From: a virus
IMG/VR virus record: IMGVR_UViG_3300022391_000001
Coordinates: 1-64,000 of that record
Direction: 5' to 3' (one strand)
DNA length: 64,000 bases
The notes under the pieces are model-generated. The model had not been told where the DNA came from. It worked only from the letters and a program-made list of their open reading frames with translations, and ran no database searches. Both the position numbers and the translations under genes were made by a program. Below are positions 1-9,520 of the stretch, in pieces. Position 1 is the stretch's first letter; the number at the start of each line of letters is the position of its first letter.

Positions 1-1802
1 GAGTCTTCACGCTGCTCCAGCCCGACCATGATTGAAGCGTCGGCGGCGAGTGTCGTGGCCAACTGCTTCCGCTGTTCAGCGCTAAGACCGGCGGAAGTCT
101 CCAGCGCCAGCTGAAGGGTCCGCTCCTTGAGCGCTTCCCGAGCCGCCGCCGCGCCCTTGGCCCCGGATAGTGCCAGGTCAATCTGCTTGCCAATGGTCTC
201 TTTTTCAACCTCAAACTGTTTCTTGAGACCTGAAAGCACAACCTTTTTGCGGTTTTCACTCAAATCTTCAACGCTCTTGACCCCGGCGGCGCGTGCCGCG
301 TTGGCCAGAGCTTCCGCTTCTTTCTCCCGTTGCGCTTGTTCAAACGCCGCCAGCACGCCGCGTTTGCGTGCCTCCACTTGTGCCCGGCTCAAATTCTCGG
401 TTGAGATCTGACTCCGAGATAGTACCATCATGGCACTCTGCGTGGCCAACGTCTGCTGTTTACTTGCACCTGCATCTTCTAGCCGTCGGGCTGTCAACTC
501 ACCGATGACCTGTGCGGACTCCGCGTTGAGGCGTCGCTCCTTGTTTCGGATGTCGTCCAACCCCTCCAGCGAGAACAAGATGGAGTTGAGCCCGTCGGTG
601 ATCTCCTGGACCACTGGCGTGAATGCCTTGAGCAGAGGGCTGAACAACCCGATGCTGACTGACTCCACTGATGACGAGAACAGAGTCAAAGCGCCAAGGA
701 AGTTGTCCAGCCGCTTCTCGGCGGCTTCAGCAGCGGCGCCAATCCCGAAGCTGGATGCTAGCAGCTCGCGCTCAAGTTTGTTGGTCGCTTCGGCTCCGGC
801 GGCTGCCAGAGCAAAGAAACCTCGCTGACCACGGACGCCAAAGACTTCTGTGGCCTTGGCCGCTCGTTGGGCGGCGTCAGGGATCTTGTTCAGCTCCTTG
901 GAGAAGTCATCGACAACGGCGCTGATCTTGCGCATCTTGCCATCGGCGGTGGTCAGCTTGACACCAAACTCATCCAGAATCTTCTTGCCTTCTTTGGATG
1001 GCTTGGCCATCTTGATGAGCATGTTGGTCAATGCGGTCCCACCGAGACTCCCGCGCAGACCAGCGTCGGCCAGCTTCCCAAAGATGGCCGCAGTCTCTTC
1101 AATCGGCACACCCATCGCTCGGGCTTGGGCGGCACCATACTTGAAGGACTCACCGAGATTGATGATGTTGGTGTTAGAACGCGCTGATGTAAGTGCAAGG
1201 ATGTCGGCAATGTTGTTGGCTTCGTCAAACGATTTGCCCATCCCCTTCACGACTTGAGACACGATGTCTGCTGAGGTCGCCAAGTCGATGGAATCTGCCG
1301 CCGCCGCGTTCATCACGCCGCTGAGACCAGCGGTGATCTGCGTCGCCGACGCTCCCGCCCGCGCCATGAATTCCATAGCCTGTGCCGACTGAGTGGCCGA
1401 GAAGACAGATGTGATGCCCATCTGCTTGGCCTTCTTGGTCAGCATGGTCATGTCCTGCTCGTTGGCGCGGGTGATGGCGCCCACGGCAGACATCTGCTTC
1501 TCAAACGCGGCTGCCTTCGCCACGCCGGCTCCGACGGCGACGGTCAGAGGCAAAGCGGCGAAGGTGGCGGAGCGGAGCCCGGAGTTGAATTGGCCGATGC
1601 CCTTGCTGATCTTGCTGACACCAGCCGACATCTGTTGCATCGCTCGTTGCGATGCCATCCCGATGTTGTTTAGAGTGGGTGGGACGCGATTGCCAGCAGT
1701 CACGAAGCGCCCGAATTCATCTCGGGCCTTCCCCATGGCGTTGACCATCTGGGTGCTGTCTGCTGTGAGCGTGGCTCCAAGACCGATGCGTTCAAGCGCC
1801 AT
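1..1802 (-). CDS. Tail tape measure protein (TP901 family), runs off the window edge
   Basis: Manual minus-strand translation from ATG at 1802: MALERIGLGATL...AAAFEKQMSAVGAITRA...TSVFSATQSAQAMEFMARAG...LGESFKYGAAQA...LADAGLRGSLGGTAL, typical TP901 core. Directly follows the tail chaperone. Confidence 0.93.
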   Translation of the reverse strand, partial: MALERIGLGATLTADSTQMVNAMGKARDEFGRFVTAGNRVPPTLNNIGMASQRAMQQMSAGVSKISKGIGQFNSGLRSATFAALPLTVAVGAGVAKAAAFEKQMSAVGAITRANEQDMTMLTKKAKQMGITSVFSATQSAQAMEFMARAGASATQITAGLSGVMNAAAADSIDLATSADIVSQVVKGMGKSFDEANNIADILALTSARSNTNIINLGESFKYGAAQARAMGVPIEETAAIFGKLADAGLRGSLGGTALTNMLIKMAKPSKEGKKILDEFGVKLTTADGKMRKISAVVDDFSKELNKIPDAAQRAAKATEVFGVRGQRGFFALAAAGAEATNKLERELLASSFGIGAAAEAAEKRLDNFLGALTLFSSSVESVSIGLFSPLLKAFTPVVQEITDGLNSILFSLEGLDDIRNKERRLNAESAQVIGELTARRLEDAGASKQQTLATQSAMMVLSRSQISTENLSRAQVEARKRGVLAAFEQAQREKEAEALANAARAAGVKSVEDLSENRKKVVLSGLKKQFEVEKETIGKQIDLALSGAKGAAAAREALKERTLQLALETSAGLSAEQRKQLATTLAADASIMVGLEQRED

Positions 1803-1805
1803 CTG

Positions 1806-2009
1806 TTATCCTCTTGGTTTTCTCACTCGGGTCCGCTTCATGGCGTCAGCTTCCCGCTTCATCTGCGTGTGGAGCCGATTCAGGTACCATTCACGGTCCA
1901 CGCTCGGCATGTCCATCACATCCCCGTAGGTCATCCCCTCCATACAATAGGTTAGCGCAAACACCTGCTCCCGCAAATCATCCGTGGATCTTAGCGGGAG
2001 GAAACGCCG
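1806..2009 (-). CDS. Tail assembly chaperone frameshift extension (gpT-like part of gpGT)
   Basis: The -1 frame is open from the slippery site to TAA at 1806-1808: RRFLPLRSTDDLREQVFALTYCMEGMTYGDVMDMPSVDREWYLNRL...; it ends 3 nt before the tape measure ATG. Confidence 0.8.
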   Translation of the reverse strand, partial: RRFLPLRSTDDLREQVFALTYCMEGMTYGDVMDMPSVDREWYLNRLHTQMKREADAMKRTRVRKPRG

Positions 2010-2815
2010 AAAAAACTGTCATATCCCCAGTCCATCGACGTGCGGAAATCACGGTTGCAACGTGGGCACTTCCCTTCCACCGCCATGTTGGGCCCGATGC
2101 TGTAGTCATCGATCTCCGTGGTCAGGTGTTCGAGGTCCCACTTGGACATGTCATCCAGCTCCGAGTCCCCGATCACCATGGGCTTGTCATCGTCTGCGAG
2201 CCCTCGGAAGCACCCCTGGATGATTCCCGCCTTGGCCGCGCCTGTGTTCATCCCGCCGCGCCCGTCCATCATCTCCAGAGCATTCCAGCGCGTTGGACCC
2301 ATCCGGATGGCGTCGGCCATTCGGTCCCGGATCTTGAACGGGTCCCGGAGCTTGTAGGTCCACGATGCTGCATCTTCTGTCTCGGCGGTTTCCACCTCGA
2401 CAGTCTCCAGATCTGCCTTGAATGGGAATTTGTGGCCGCAACTTGCGCAAGTCAGGTTGAGGTCCAGCATATTCCCCATGGTCTGGACGCGCAGCCAGAC
2501 ATACACGTACAGAACGTCACCCATGAACATCTGGCCGATAATCACGCGACGTTGCTCGGGCTTCATGTTTCCGAAGTCATGTGGACCTAACCTTGTACAC
2601 ATGACGGAAAGCACCAAGCTGACAAACGTCGCAATGTTAGCGTCCTTGTTCGCGTCCCGGATGCGCCCCAATTCTCGCTCTTCAGCCATACGCCAAGGAC
2701 GCAGCGCTATGTCCCTGACATAGCTGCCGCTGTCAAGGATGCCCAAAGGCAGGTGCGCACCCAATTCTTTGAGCTGGACAATCGAGGTCTGTGGGGGTGT
2801 TTTCTCGGTGGTCAC
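1991..2815 (-). CDS. Tail assembly chaperone (gpG position; internally duplicated, two CxxC zinc ribbons)
   Basis: Lies between tube and tape measure. CASC and CPRC motifs. GTG start at 2815 preceded by GGAGG. Confidence 0.75.
   Translation of the reverse strand: MTTEKTPPQTSIVQLKELGAHLPLGILDSGSYVRDIALRPWRMAEERELGRIRDANKDANIATFVSLVLSVMCTRLGPHDFGNMKPEQRRVIIGQMFMGDVLYVYVWLRVQTMGNMLDLNLTCASCGHKFPFKADLETVEVETAETEDAASWTYKLRDPFKIRDRMADAIRMGPTRWNALEMMDGRGGMNTGAAKAGIIQGCFRGLADDDKPMVIGDSELDDMSKWDLEHLTTEIDDYSIGPNMAVEGKCPRCNRDFRTSMDWGYDSFFGVSSR
2009..2015 (-). promoter_or_regulatory. Programmed -1 ribosomal frameshift heptamer T TTT TTC
   Basis: In-frame X XXY YYZ heptamer (AGT TTT TTC) near the end of the chaperone ORF, at the canonical G/GT position before the tape measure gene. 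Confidence 0.82.
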
Positions 2816-2866
2816 GGCAACCTCCAATTAGCAATCGCCTTGTTAGGCCCGCCGCTGTATGTAAGG

Positions 2867-3005
2867 GTCGCAGCGCTCCCGGCGCGAAGGCTGAACGGAA
2901 CCGGGAGCGCTGCGACTCAGGATCGCTCGTGCATCCTGGCTCCGTCACAGTCTGTCCAGGCGCGCTGCGACCTATGCTGTCTGGTGCAGGTCCGAACCAG
3001 ACAGC
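2867..3005. promoter_or_regulatory. Structured intergenic element (several inverted repeats) between tube and chaperone genes
   Basis: Perfect 16-bp IR 2867-2882/2901-2916, hairpin 2918-2938, 10-bp IR 2976-2985/2996-3005. Confidence 0.6.
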
Positions 3006-3008
3006 GAA

Positions 3009-3449
3009 TCAAGCAGTTGGCACGATGTCATCGACGCTGATGGTCCACTCCACTGCCGCCAGCTCGCCCTCGTTTTCCATCTCCAGGTCAGGGAGCACCC
3101 GCTTTGTCGGGAATGCGTTGACGATGGAGTACGTGCGAGAAGCGTTGCCGCTGATGGACTGGTGAATCAGCGTTGCGACCTTCTTGTAGGTTGGGCTGAC
3201 GGGGTCCTGAGACTCCCTGAACCAAACCTCCATTGCCGCCTGCTCCACCGTGTGATGCATGGGGAGCATGATCGTGAACTCGGATGGCCCCCGGTTCCCG
3301 CCGGATGCCCGAGTGCGGTCTGGCAGTTCTGTGGTTTGGAGTTCATCCTCCAACCCGCCAATTTCTGTGGGCGTCAGCGTTGGAAGCCCCAAGACCAACA
3401 ACACGTACTTGTTGACCGGTATGTGGTCAGCTTGGATAGCGCCTTTCAT
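3009..3449 (-). CDS. Tail tube protein (T4 gp19-like)
   Basis: 146 aa, downstream of the sheath. Motifs IGGLEDE, W-F, KKVATL, NAFPTK..LPDL, EWTISVD. Confidence 0.85.
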   Translation of the reverse strand: MKGAIQADHIPVNKYVLLVLGLPTLTPTEIGGLEDELQTTELPDRTRASGGNRGPSEFTIMLPMHHTVEQAAMEVWFRESQDPVSPTYKKVATLIHQSISGNASRTYSIVNAFPTKRVLPDLEMENEGELAAVEWTISVDDIVPTA

Positions 3450-3503
3450 GTATAGAATCCTCCTGAGCTGAAGTGTCCGCGCCTGCGGCCTTGCCCTCGG
3501 TGG

Positions 3504-3761
3504 CTACTCCACAGCCACCAACGCCGTGATGGCGGATGGTGTGCCCTGAGTCTTGTCCTCGGCGTCGGACTGAGGCCTGGACGTGTTGTATGCCCCTGCC
3601 TCCGCCCCGTCGGCGGCGTGCGTGTGGTTGTTGAACTTGTCGGCCACGTCGGTCATCTGGGTGACCATCGCTTCCAACAGCTCATAGAGGGTTGTGGAGC
3701 CATGTGACGAGTCCAGGCCTGCCCCAGCTTCGCCCAACAGCTTCTTCAGATTGGTTGTCAT
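3504..3761 (-). CDS. Small virion-associated protein with FNNHTH motif
   Basis: 85 aa ORF with RBS between sheath and tube. Confidence 0.6.
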   Translation of the reverse strand: MTTNLKKLLGEAGAGLDSSHGSTTLYELLEAMVTQMTDVADKFNNHTHAADGAEAGAYNTSRPQSDAEDKTQGTPSAITALVAVE

Positions 3762-3804
3762 GTCAAACTCCTATGCCCCCTTGGTGGGCTGTATCGGGGC
3801 TGCT

Positions 3805-6093
3805 TCAGCCAACAGACTCAAAGATGCCCTGTTTGCCAATGCGGATGATGAAGCGCTCCACCGTGTCGGCCAGCCGGAGCTTGATCTCAGCGATCATGTC
3901 GCCAGCCGCTCTGGTCGCATTGGTGTTCAACTCTTCATCGAGCTTGATGATCGCGGCGTCCTGGAAGGTTTCCCCGCGCAGAGCCCGCTTGGTGAACTCC
4001 GGCAGAAAGTAGCTCTGGAGCGATGCCAACGCCAACTTTTCCGTGGTCGGATCGTTGATCATGAACACAACCCAGTCAAAGGACTCCTGGAGCACGTGTT
4101 CATAGTAGGACATCTGCTCTCGCTGATGCTTCCATTTCCAGTTGGGGTCTGTGTTCAGGGTCCGGTCGCCCCAGACCACGTAGTTGCCCTTCAGCTTCTT
4201 GACGACAGCAATGCCGACGGGGTTGAGCAGCTCTTCATTGAGCAGCGCGTCCCCGGTCGTCACATCGAGCAACGCCGGAAGCGTCGCGTCCAAACCCGCT
4301 CCCGCCTTGTGATAGCCGTCATAGTCAGCCGCGATCCGAGCCTCACGGCCATGGATCATCCCGGTGTTGACCACCTGCTTGGTCAGCGGCCCTCCGCTCG
4401 GGTCAGCCACGTCACCGTAGGACGGGAATGCCGCCACGGCATAGTCTGAACGCCCGAGGGTGTCATTCACGTAGTCAATCGCTGCTGACTCCGTGGTGAT
4501 GTTGGCGGGGAATTCATACCTGTACTGATGGTTTTTGGCGTCGGCATAGGCAACGCCGGCCTTTTGGACTGCCGTGGCGTTGATGCCCGGCGTCGCAAAC
4601 TTGATCAGCCCATAGTTCTTGCCGAAGGTGCGGTTGAACGGGCTGTTGCCAACGTCCCAAGCCTGCTGGTTGTAGTCGGCATCCACCAGGTCTGCATAGC
4701 CGTCTCTGCCACCCTCCATCTCCAACGGAGCTTCCACCAGGAATTGATCGCCTGGCGCTCCGTCGGTGAGCATCGTGGAGCCGTCGGCGGCTGTGATGCT
4801 GTCGTGGTCGTTGTCGACAATCCTGAACTTGGTGGACTTGGCGTTCACCTTGTCTGGATACACATAGCCCCCGATCAGGGCGTCGGGCTTCAGCGGCTTG
4901 TAGTTCAGCCGCATCGTGTCGCCCGTGGCCAAGACGGTGGCGCCGTTGGACACCGTGAACTCCGGCACCCACTTGATGTCGGCGACAAACGAGACTCCGA
5001 CCGTGCCGACGCCCAGCGCTCCGAATTTGTCGGACACCACGTTGAACGTCGTGGCATCAGCCATCGTAAGGGTCAGCTGCTGGGCAACCATGTCATCGTC
5101 GGTGGCGTCCAGCGCGACCGTCGGATTGGCGCCCGTTGGTGACAACGTGACCGCGAAGTCGTGGATGACGGCGGGCAGCACCGTATCAGACAATCCAGCA
5201 GCGATCAAGCCATAAACGTTGGCCGGTCGCACGCCTGGCACGTGAGCACCCGTCCAAAGATCCACAGCCGTGATCTCGTCATTCCCGGTGTCATCGTTGA
5301 TGACCTTCACCCAGTAGTTGGCGTCGGTCGGATCCGTGTTCAGGTTGGGATACTTCTTGACAAAGTCCCCGTCCACGTACACAGACAGGCTGAACTCGCC
5401 GCTGGGGTCCTCCTCACCATCGCCGATGATGACGCTGAGAGCCTTGTCCTCGTTTTCCAACACCAGGTAGTACCTGTCATCAGCGCCCGACAGACCATCG
5501 TATGTGTCCTTCATGGTCTGGTCGGCGGCGACCGTGATCACCCCGGCGGCGGTGTTGCCCACGATCGGATAACGCACATTGGGCACATCGGGTAGCTCGA
5601 TGTAACCACCCACCCACTCATCCGTCTTGAAGGTGGCCACGCCGGTGTCGAGGGTTGTGTTGGTGAGGTCCGTGGCGACAACGGCCATCTCGCCACTGTA
5701 GCGTTTCTCCTTGCCGCCCCATCTCCCGCCGTTCTTGGCCTTCAGCGTCCCCATCTGGGTGAGCACCGAAGCGTTGCGCGCATACAGCGGCATCTCCGCC
5801 TGCGCTTCATTGCCGTCGGTGACACGGACAAGCAGGAGCCCTCCGGCGCCGTTGGCCAGTGAATAGTAATCAAACGCGGCATCCGGGAGCAAGGACGCGG
5901 AGATGATCCCGCCGCATTTCTTCTCAAACTGCTTCTGGTTGGTGGCTATGATCAACTCACCAACGGGTCCCTTTTCAAGCACGCCCGCATAGCCTGCAAA
6001 GCCAAGTGCTCCGGGGGTGATCCCCTTTTCACCTTCCAACTCAATGATTGCCACGCCCGCACCACGTGTGGGGCCAAATCGCCTTTGAGCCAT
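3805..6093 (-). CDS. Contractile tail sheath protein
   Basis: 762 aa. GVAIIE, KGPVG, LLLVRV, AKNGGRWG, LEMEGGRDG, LNPVGI, VVWGDRTL, ERFIIRI: phage sheath motifs. Confidence 0.95.
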   Translation of the reverse strand: MAQRRFGPTRGAGVAIIELEGEKGITPGALGFAGYAGVLEKGPVGELIIATNQKQFEKKCGGIISASLLPDAAFDYYSLANGAGGLLLVRVTDGNEAQAEMPLYARNASVLTQMGTLKAKNGGRWGGKEKRYSGEMAVVATDLTNTTLDTGVATFKTDEWVGGYIELPDVPNVRYPIVGNTAAGVITVAADQTMKDTYDGLSGADDRYYLVLENEDKALSVIIGDGEEDPSGEFSLSVYVDGDFVKKYPNLNTDPTDANYWVKVINDDTGNDEITAVDLWTGAHVPGVRPANVYGLIAAGLSDTVLPAVIHDFAVTLSPTGANPTVALDATDDDMVAQQLTLTMADATTFNVVSDKFGALGVGTVGVSFVADIKWVPEFTVSNGATVLATGDTMRLNYKPLKPDALIGGYVYPDKVNAKSTKFRIVDNDHDSITAADGSTMLTDGAPGDQFLVEAPLEMEGGRDGYADLVDADYNQQAWDVGNSPFNRTFGKNYGLIKFATPGINATAVQKAGVAYADAKNHQYRYEFPANITTESAAIDYVNDTLGRSDYAVAAFPSYGDVADPSGGPLTKQVVNTGMIHGREARIAADYDGYHKAGAGLDATLPALLDVTTGDALLNEELLNPVGIAVVKKLKGNYVVWGDRTLNTDPNWKWKHQREQMSYYEHVLQESFDWVVFMINDPTTEKLALASLQSYFLPEFTKRALRGETFQDAAIIKLDEELNTNATRAAGDMIAEIKLRLADTVERFIIRIGKQGIFESVG

Positions 6094-6109
6094 GGGTCGT
6101 GCCTCCTAA

Positions 6110-7372
6110 TCAATCACCAACGTTCACTTGGTTGATCACAGCGTTCATGTCGCCTGTCAGGTTGAACCTCTGTACAGCGTATACGTCCACGGCGTCGCGC
6201 TCATAAAACAACGCCTTGACGATGCGAGCCCGGAGCCTGCCGGACTGAATCTCATCCCGATTGGCCACGGTTGCCATATCATACTCGGTCAGCAACCAAA
6301 GCCTAAACTCTTCATCCATCCCGACAGACCGAATGATCGGGTTGTTGCGGAAAAAGCGCTTCAGCTCGTCAGCGAGTCTGTGTTGGTCCCGCGCGCTATC
6401 AGTCAGCCCGCGTAACGTGAACTCGATGTCCGCTTGGAGCGGCGCAAAGACTTTGACTGCCGTCCCGGCGCCCTTGTCGATCACCCAATCGTCTGTGCCT
6501 GTATCGGCGGAGTCCACCAGATTGATATCGCTGATCTCGATGGCTGGCACCTTGGCCACCTCTGTGTATTCTGCGGCGGTGGTCACGGCAACCTCGGGCT
6601 CCCAGATGAACTTGACCCACAGGATGTTACCGGCGGCCACCGCGCTGGTCAAGGTGATGACCTTGGTCGGTGCGTCATACGACGCCAAGAGATCTGTGAA
6701 GTGGTTCGGATCTGCCGTGTGATCAAACACAGAGTCCACCCCAACCACGTTGTAGGGCGTCTCCAACGGATAGTCATCGATGTCCACCACGTCGGTGACG
6801 GCGGTCAACTTGATTGGATAATCCGAGATCGGCCGCACCTCGCTCCGGAGCAATCGGACCAGCGACCTGTACACATAGTCCTCTTGGTGCTCGATATCTG
6901 CCGAGTACAGCACCTTGACCGCCGCCAACTCGGGCGTCACCGTCTCATCGGTCGTGACCAGGTTGATGATGACTTGAAGCTGCTTCGCGGTGGCTGGGAA
7001 GTCGGAGATGTTGGCGGCAACTTCCTGCTCGGTGTTCCAGTCGGTGGTGTTTACCGTCCACGCCCCTCCGTCCCACCAATATTCATCCGTGCCGTCTGAG
7101 AGCCGATATCCGGCGCTGGTGAGCGGTTGCCCGAGATCATCCTTGGGGTGGACAATCTCCGCCTCAAAACTGAGCCACTGCCGGACTCGCTCCGGCGTCG
7201 TCACCCAGGTCTTGGCGTACAGGTCTGCTGTGGTTGGATAGGTCCCCGCCGATGTCTCTTTGAGCTGCAGTCGATGCGTCTCAGGATTGAGCCTGACATC
7301 GGTCCCGAGGGTGATGCGGCTGCGATTGCGCTCTTCAAATTGGAAGCGTTTGATCAGCCTTTTGACTCTCAT
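6110..7372 (-). CDS. Tail completion/terminator-like protein with N-terminal extension
   Basis: 420 aa, immediately upstream of the sheath; synteny. Confidence 0.55.
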   Translation of the reverse strand: MRVKRLIKRFQFEERNRSRITLGTDVRLNPETHRLQLKETSAGTYPTTADLYAKTWVTTPERVRQWLSFEAEIVHPKDDLGQPLTSAGYRLSDGTDEYWWDGGAWTVNTTDWNTEQEVAANISDFPATAKQLQVIINLVTTDETVTPELAAVKVLYSADIEHQEDYVYRSLVRLLRSEVRPISDYPIKLTAVTDVVDIDDYPLETPYNVVGVDSVFDHTADPNHFTDLLASYDAPTKVITLTSAVAAGNILWVKFIWEPEVAVTTAAEYTEVAKVPAIEISDINLVDSADTGTDDWVIDKGAGTAVKVFAPLQADIEFTLRGLTDSARDQHRLADELKRFFRNNPIIRSVGMDEEFRLWLLTEYDMATVANRDEIQSGRLRARIVKALFYERDAVDVYAVQRFNLTGDMNAVINQVNVGD

Positions 7373-7998
7373 GCGCCACCGCTCCTGCTTTGTTCACGCA
7401 CCGCTGCTTGAAGTGCCATCCGCCAATTATCTTGGACTTTCTTTTTGAGCCCCACTGCTTTGAATGCCTGCTTGATGAATGGCCGCGAAGGGATGATGAT
7501 GGCGCGGGTGGAGGGCTTGAGCGGCTTCCATCCTCCTGGCATCGTTTCCCACAAGTCCTTGGCCCTGCCCTTCAACTTGGCTACCTGGGCAGGGTCAACG
7601 CTAGCTTGCCAGAGCACAAAGAACAAGCCGCGCATTGCCGATGTGACGCCGATCTCCCGCCCGTCGTGAATTGCGACTGCGATGTTGTACACATCGTCGG
7701 TACGCAACACACCGACAAACACCTGTGTATCGCCAATAACTTTGGACGTTATTGCGTTGAAGAGGTCTGAGTTGCCGATCAAGGGCTCATTCCTGCCGCC
7801 CTTCAGCGCCACCGTGAGTGGGCGGTTGGGAGCAAACTTGCCGCCGCTGATCTCTGACCGCACAGCGGCTTGAACCAACTTGCCGTTGAGACCGGATGCC
7901 CGACGGAGATGGCGCTTCATCGTCGCGTCCATCTTGGCGGGGTCCAGAGCTGCCTCCAGCTTCACCCAACCCCGCTTGTCAAACTTGATTCGGGTCAC
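7369..7998 (-). CDS. Neck/virion morphogenesis protein (HK97 gp10/gpG-like)
   Basis: APNRPLTVALKG..PLI...L..AI and IPSRPFIKQAF motifs; synteny. Confidence 0.75.
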   Translation of the reverse strand: MTRIKFDKRGWVKLEAALDPAKMDATMKRHLRRASGLNGKLVQAAVRSEISGGKFAPNRPLTVALKGGRNEPLIGNSDLFNAITSKVIGDTQVFVGVLRTDDVYNIAVAIHDGREIGVTSAMRGLFFVLWQASVDPAQVAKLKGRAKDLWETMPGGWKPLKPSTRAIIIPSRPFIKQAFKAVGLKKKVQDNWRMALQAAVREQSRSGGA

Positions 7999-8399
7999 GC
8001 CACCCCTCTGGACGGCTCCCTGTCAGCAAAAAACGCCTTCACCAAGGTGGCACCGCCCTGATCTGTGTAGTGCCCCTCCGGACGGAGCTTGGTGATGTAA
8101 ACGTCGGTGACAATCTTGCCAATCTTGATGAACCGATCGTTGGTCTTCAGCTCGATGCCGGCTGCTTCCAGATCCTTGTATCTGAACAACACATAACCGT
8201 CTGACTCTGCTTCAGCGCCGATGATCGTGGGCTGAAGCCCCTTCTCAATCCCCCATCGGGGCTGGCCAACGACGGTGGTGACCACCGCCCGAGCCGCCTG
8301 CTGGACCGGCTCCCGGAAGTCGTCATCAACGATGGTTTCCGCTTCAACCCATTGTTCAACATCAATGGGCACGGGATGGATGAGGTTGGGTTGTACCAT
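7995..8399 (-). CDS. Head closure (stopper) protein, putative
   Basis: 134 aa beta-rich ORF between adaptor and neck genes. Confidence 0.6.
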   Translation of the reverse strand: MVQPNLIHPVPIDVEQWVEAETIVDDDFREPVQQAARAVVTTVVGQPRWGIEKGLQPTIIGAEAESDGYVLFRYKDLEAAGIELKTNDRFIKIGKIVTDVYITKLRPEGHYTDQGGATLVKAFFADREPSRGVA

Positions 8400-9508
8400 C
8401 AGGTGAAACTCGGGTGCGCCGGAGTCGCCGCGCCGATGGGCGCGCGATACAGGCGGATGATGTCGGTGATCTCCTGGTCATCCGTGATGCCAGCGAGCCC
8501 GGCCGATCGGGGTTTGAGCTCTGTCCCTGCTGTGCCGTATTTGATTTTATGGCCATCCGTCCACTCCTCCATAACGTCCCCCAGGATGGCCGGCGGCGAT
8601 GGCAGAGCGGCAGGATTGCTGTCGTCTACATACAAGGGCTTGGACAGCTTCTCGATGACCAGCTTTGTGAGCGCCCTCTTGATCAGCTTCGGCACTCCGC
8701 CATCCTCCTCAACGTATCCGAACACGCCCTTGACGATCTGGTTCTGCCGCCCCTTGCGAAACTTCCGGCGCAGATTGGGATGCGACACCGGCGCTGTGTA
8801 GATGTCGAGGTCTTGCGCGTTAACCAGCTTGATCCTCGGGTTGTGCCTGTCGTCCGGATACTTCACCGCGCTGTACACCTTGTACTCGTCAGCAGCCAGA
8901 TTCACCCCTTGGTCGTTGATCTGGATGTAGTCGATGCTGATGATCGGCACCCCGAAGTGGAGGGTGTCGGAATCTGTCCCATCAAGCTGGAGCGTCAAGG
9001 ACTTGGGCACAAACCATTGCCGGCACGCCCTCTCCAAGAACGCCTGCCAAGTCTCGATGGCGGCGAGCACCGCCGCATCATCGGGCGGATCAGGCACTCC
9101 GAGGTCCCGGATGTCCTGCACGTTGATGTAGGTGTCGGCGGAGCTTCCCGCCGATTGCACCAACACCTCAAAATCTTCTTGACCCGCCTGATACGCTGAA
9201 CCAACAGAAATCTTCCAGCGCCACTCGATGCGGTGCGTTCCAATCGGCTCCGCGATCCCCGGGGTCCACCCTTGGGCGTTGCCGTTGTCATATGCGTAGT
9301 ATGACCCTGTGGAAAAATTGCCTGCCCCTGTGGTCACCGTCTCATAGTCGCCCGGGGTGGCCGGAAAGATCTGGGTGCCTGGAAGCCCCCCTGTGATGTC
9401 AAAAATGCGGTACTCCACCGCATAGGCGTCGGTGAGAACGCCGTTTATAGTCAAAAACCAATTGACTATGGATGGCGTGTTTTCCTGCCCTCGGGCTAGC
9501 GCTGGCAT
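8399..9508 (-). CDS. Head-tail adaptor protein with extra N-terminal Ig-like domain
   Basis: C-terminal part YINVQDIR...FLERACRQWF...FGY...VPKLIKRA resembles gp6/gp15 adaptors; N-terminal ~120 aa beta-sandwich (GTHRIEWRW). Confidence 0.7.
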   Translation of the reverse strand: MPALARGQENTPSIVNWFLTINGVLTDAYAVEYRIFDITGGLPGTQIFPATPGDYETVTTGAGNFSTGSYYAYDNGNAQGWTPGIAEPIGTHRIEWRWKISVGSAYQAGQEDFEVLVQSAGSSADTYINVQDIRDLGVPDPPDDAAVLAAIETWQAFLERACRQWFVPKSLTLQLDGTDSDTLHFGVPIISIDYIQINDQGVNLAADEYKVYSAVKYPDDRHNPRIKLVNAQDLDIYTAPVSHPNLRRKFRKGRQNQIVKGVFGYVEEDGGVPKLIKRALTKLVIEKLSKPLYVDDSNPAALPSPPAILGDVMEEWTDGHKIKYGTAGTELKPRSAGLAGITDDQEITDIIRLYRAPIGAATPAHPSFT

Positions 9509-9520
9509 CTATGCCTCCTA

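Noticed and set aside
1-9508. Extracellular contractile injection system or tailocin
   Set aside because: Terminase, portal, protease, capsid and replication genes are present, so this is a phage.
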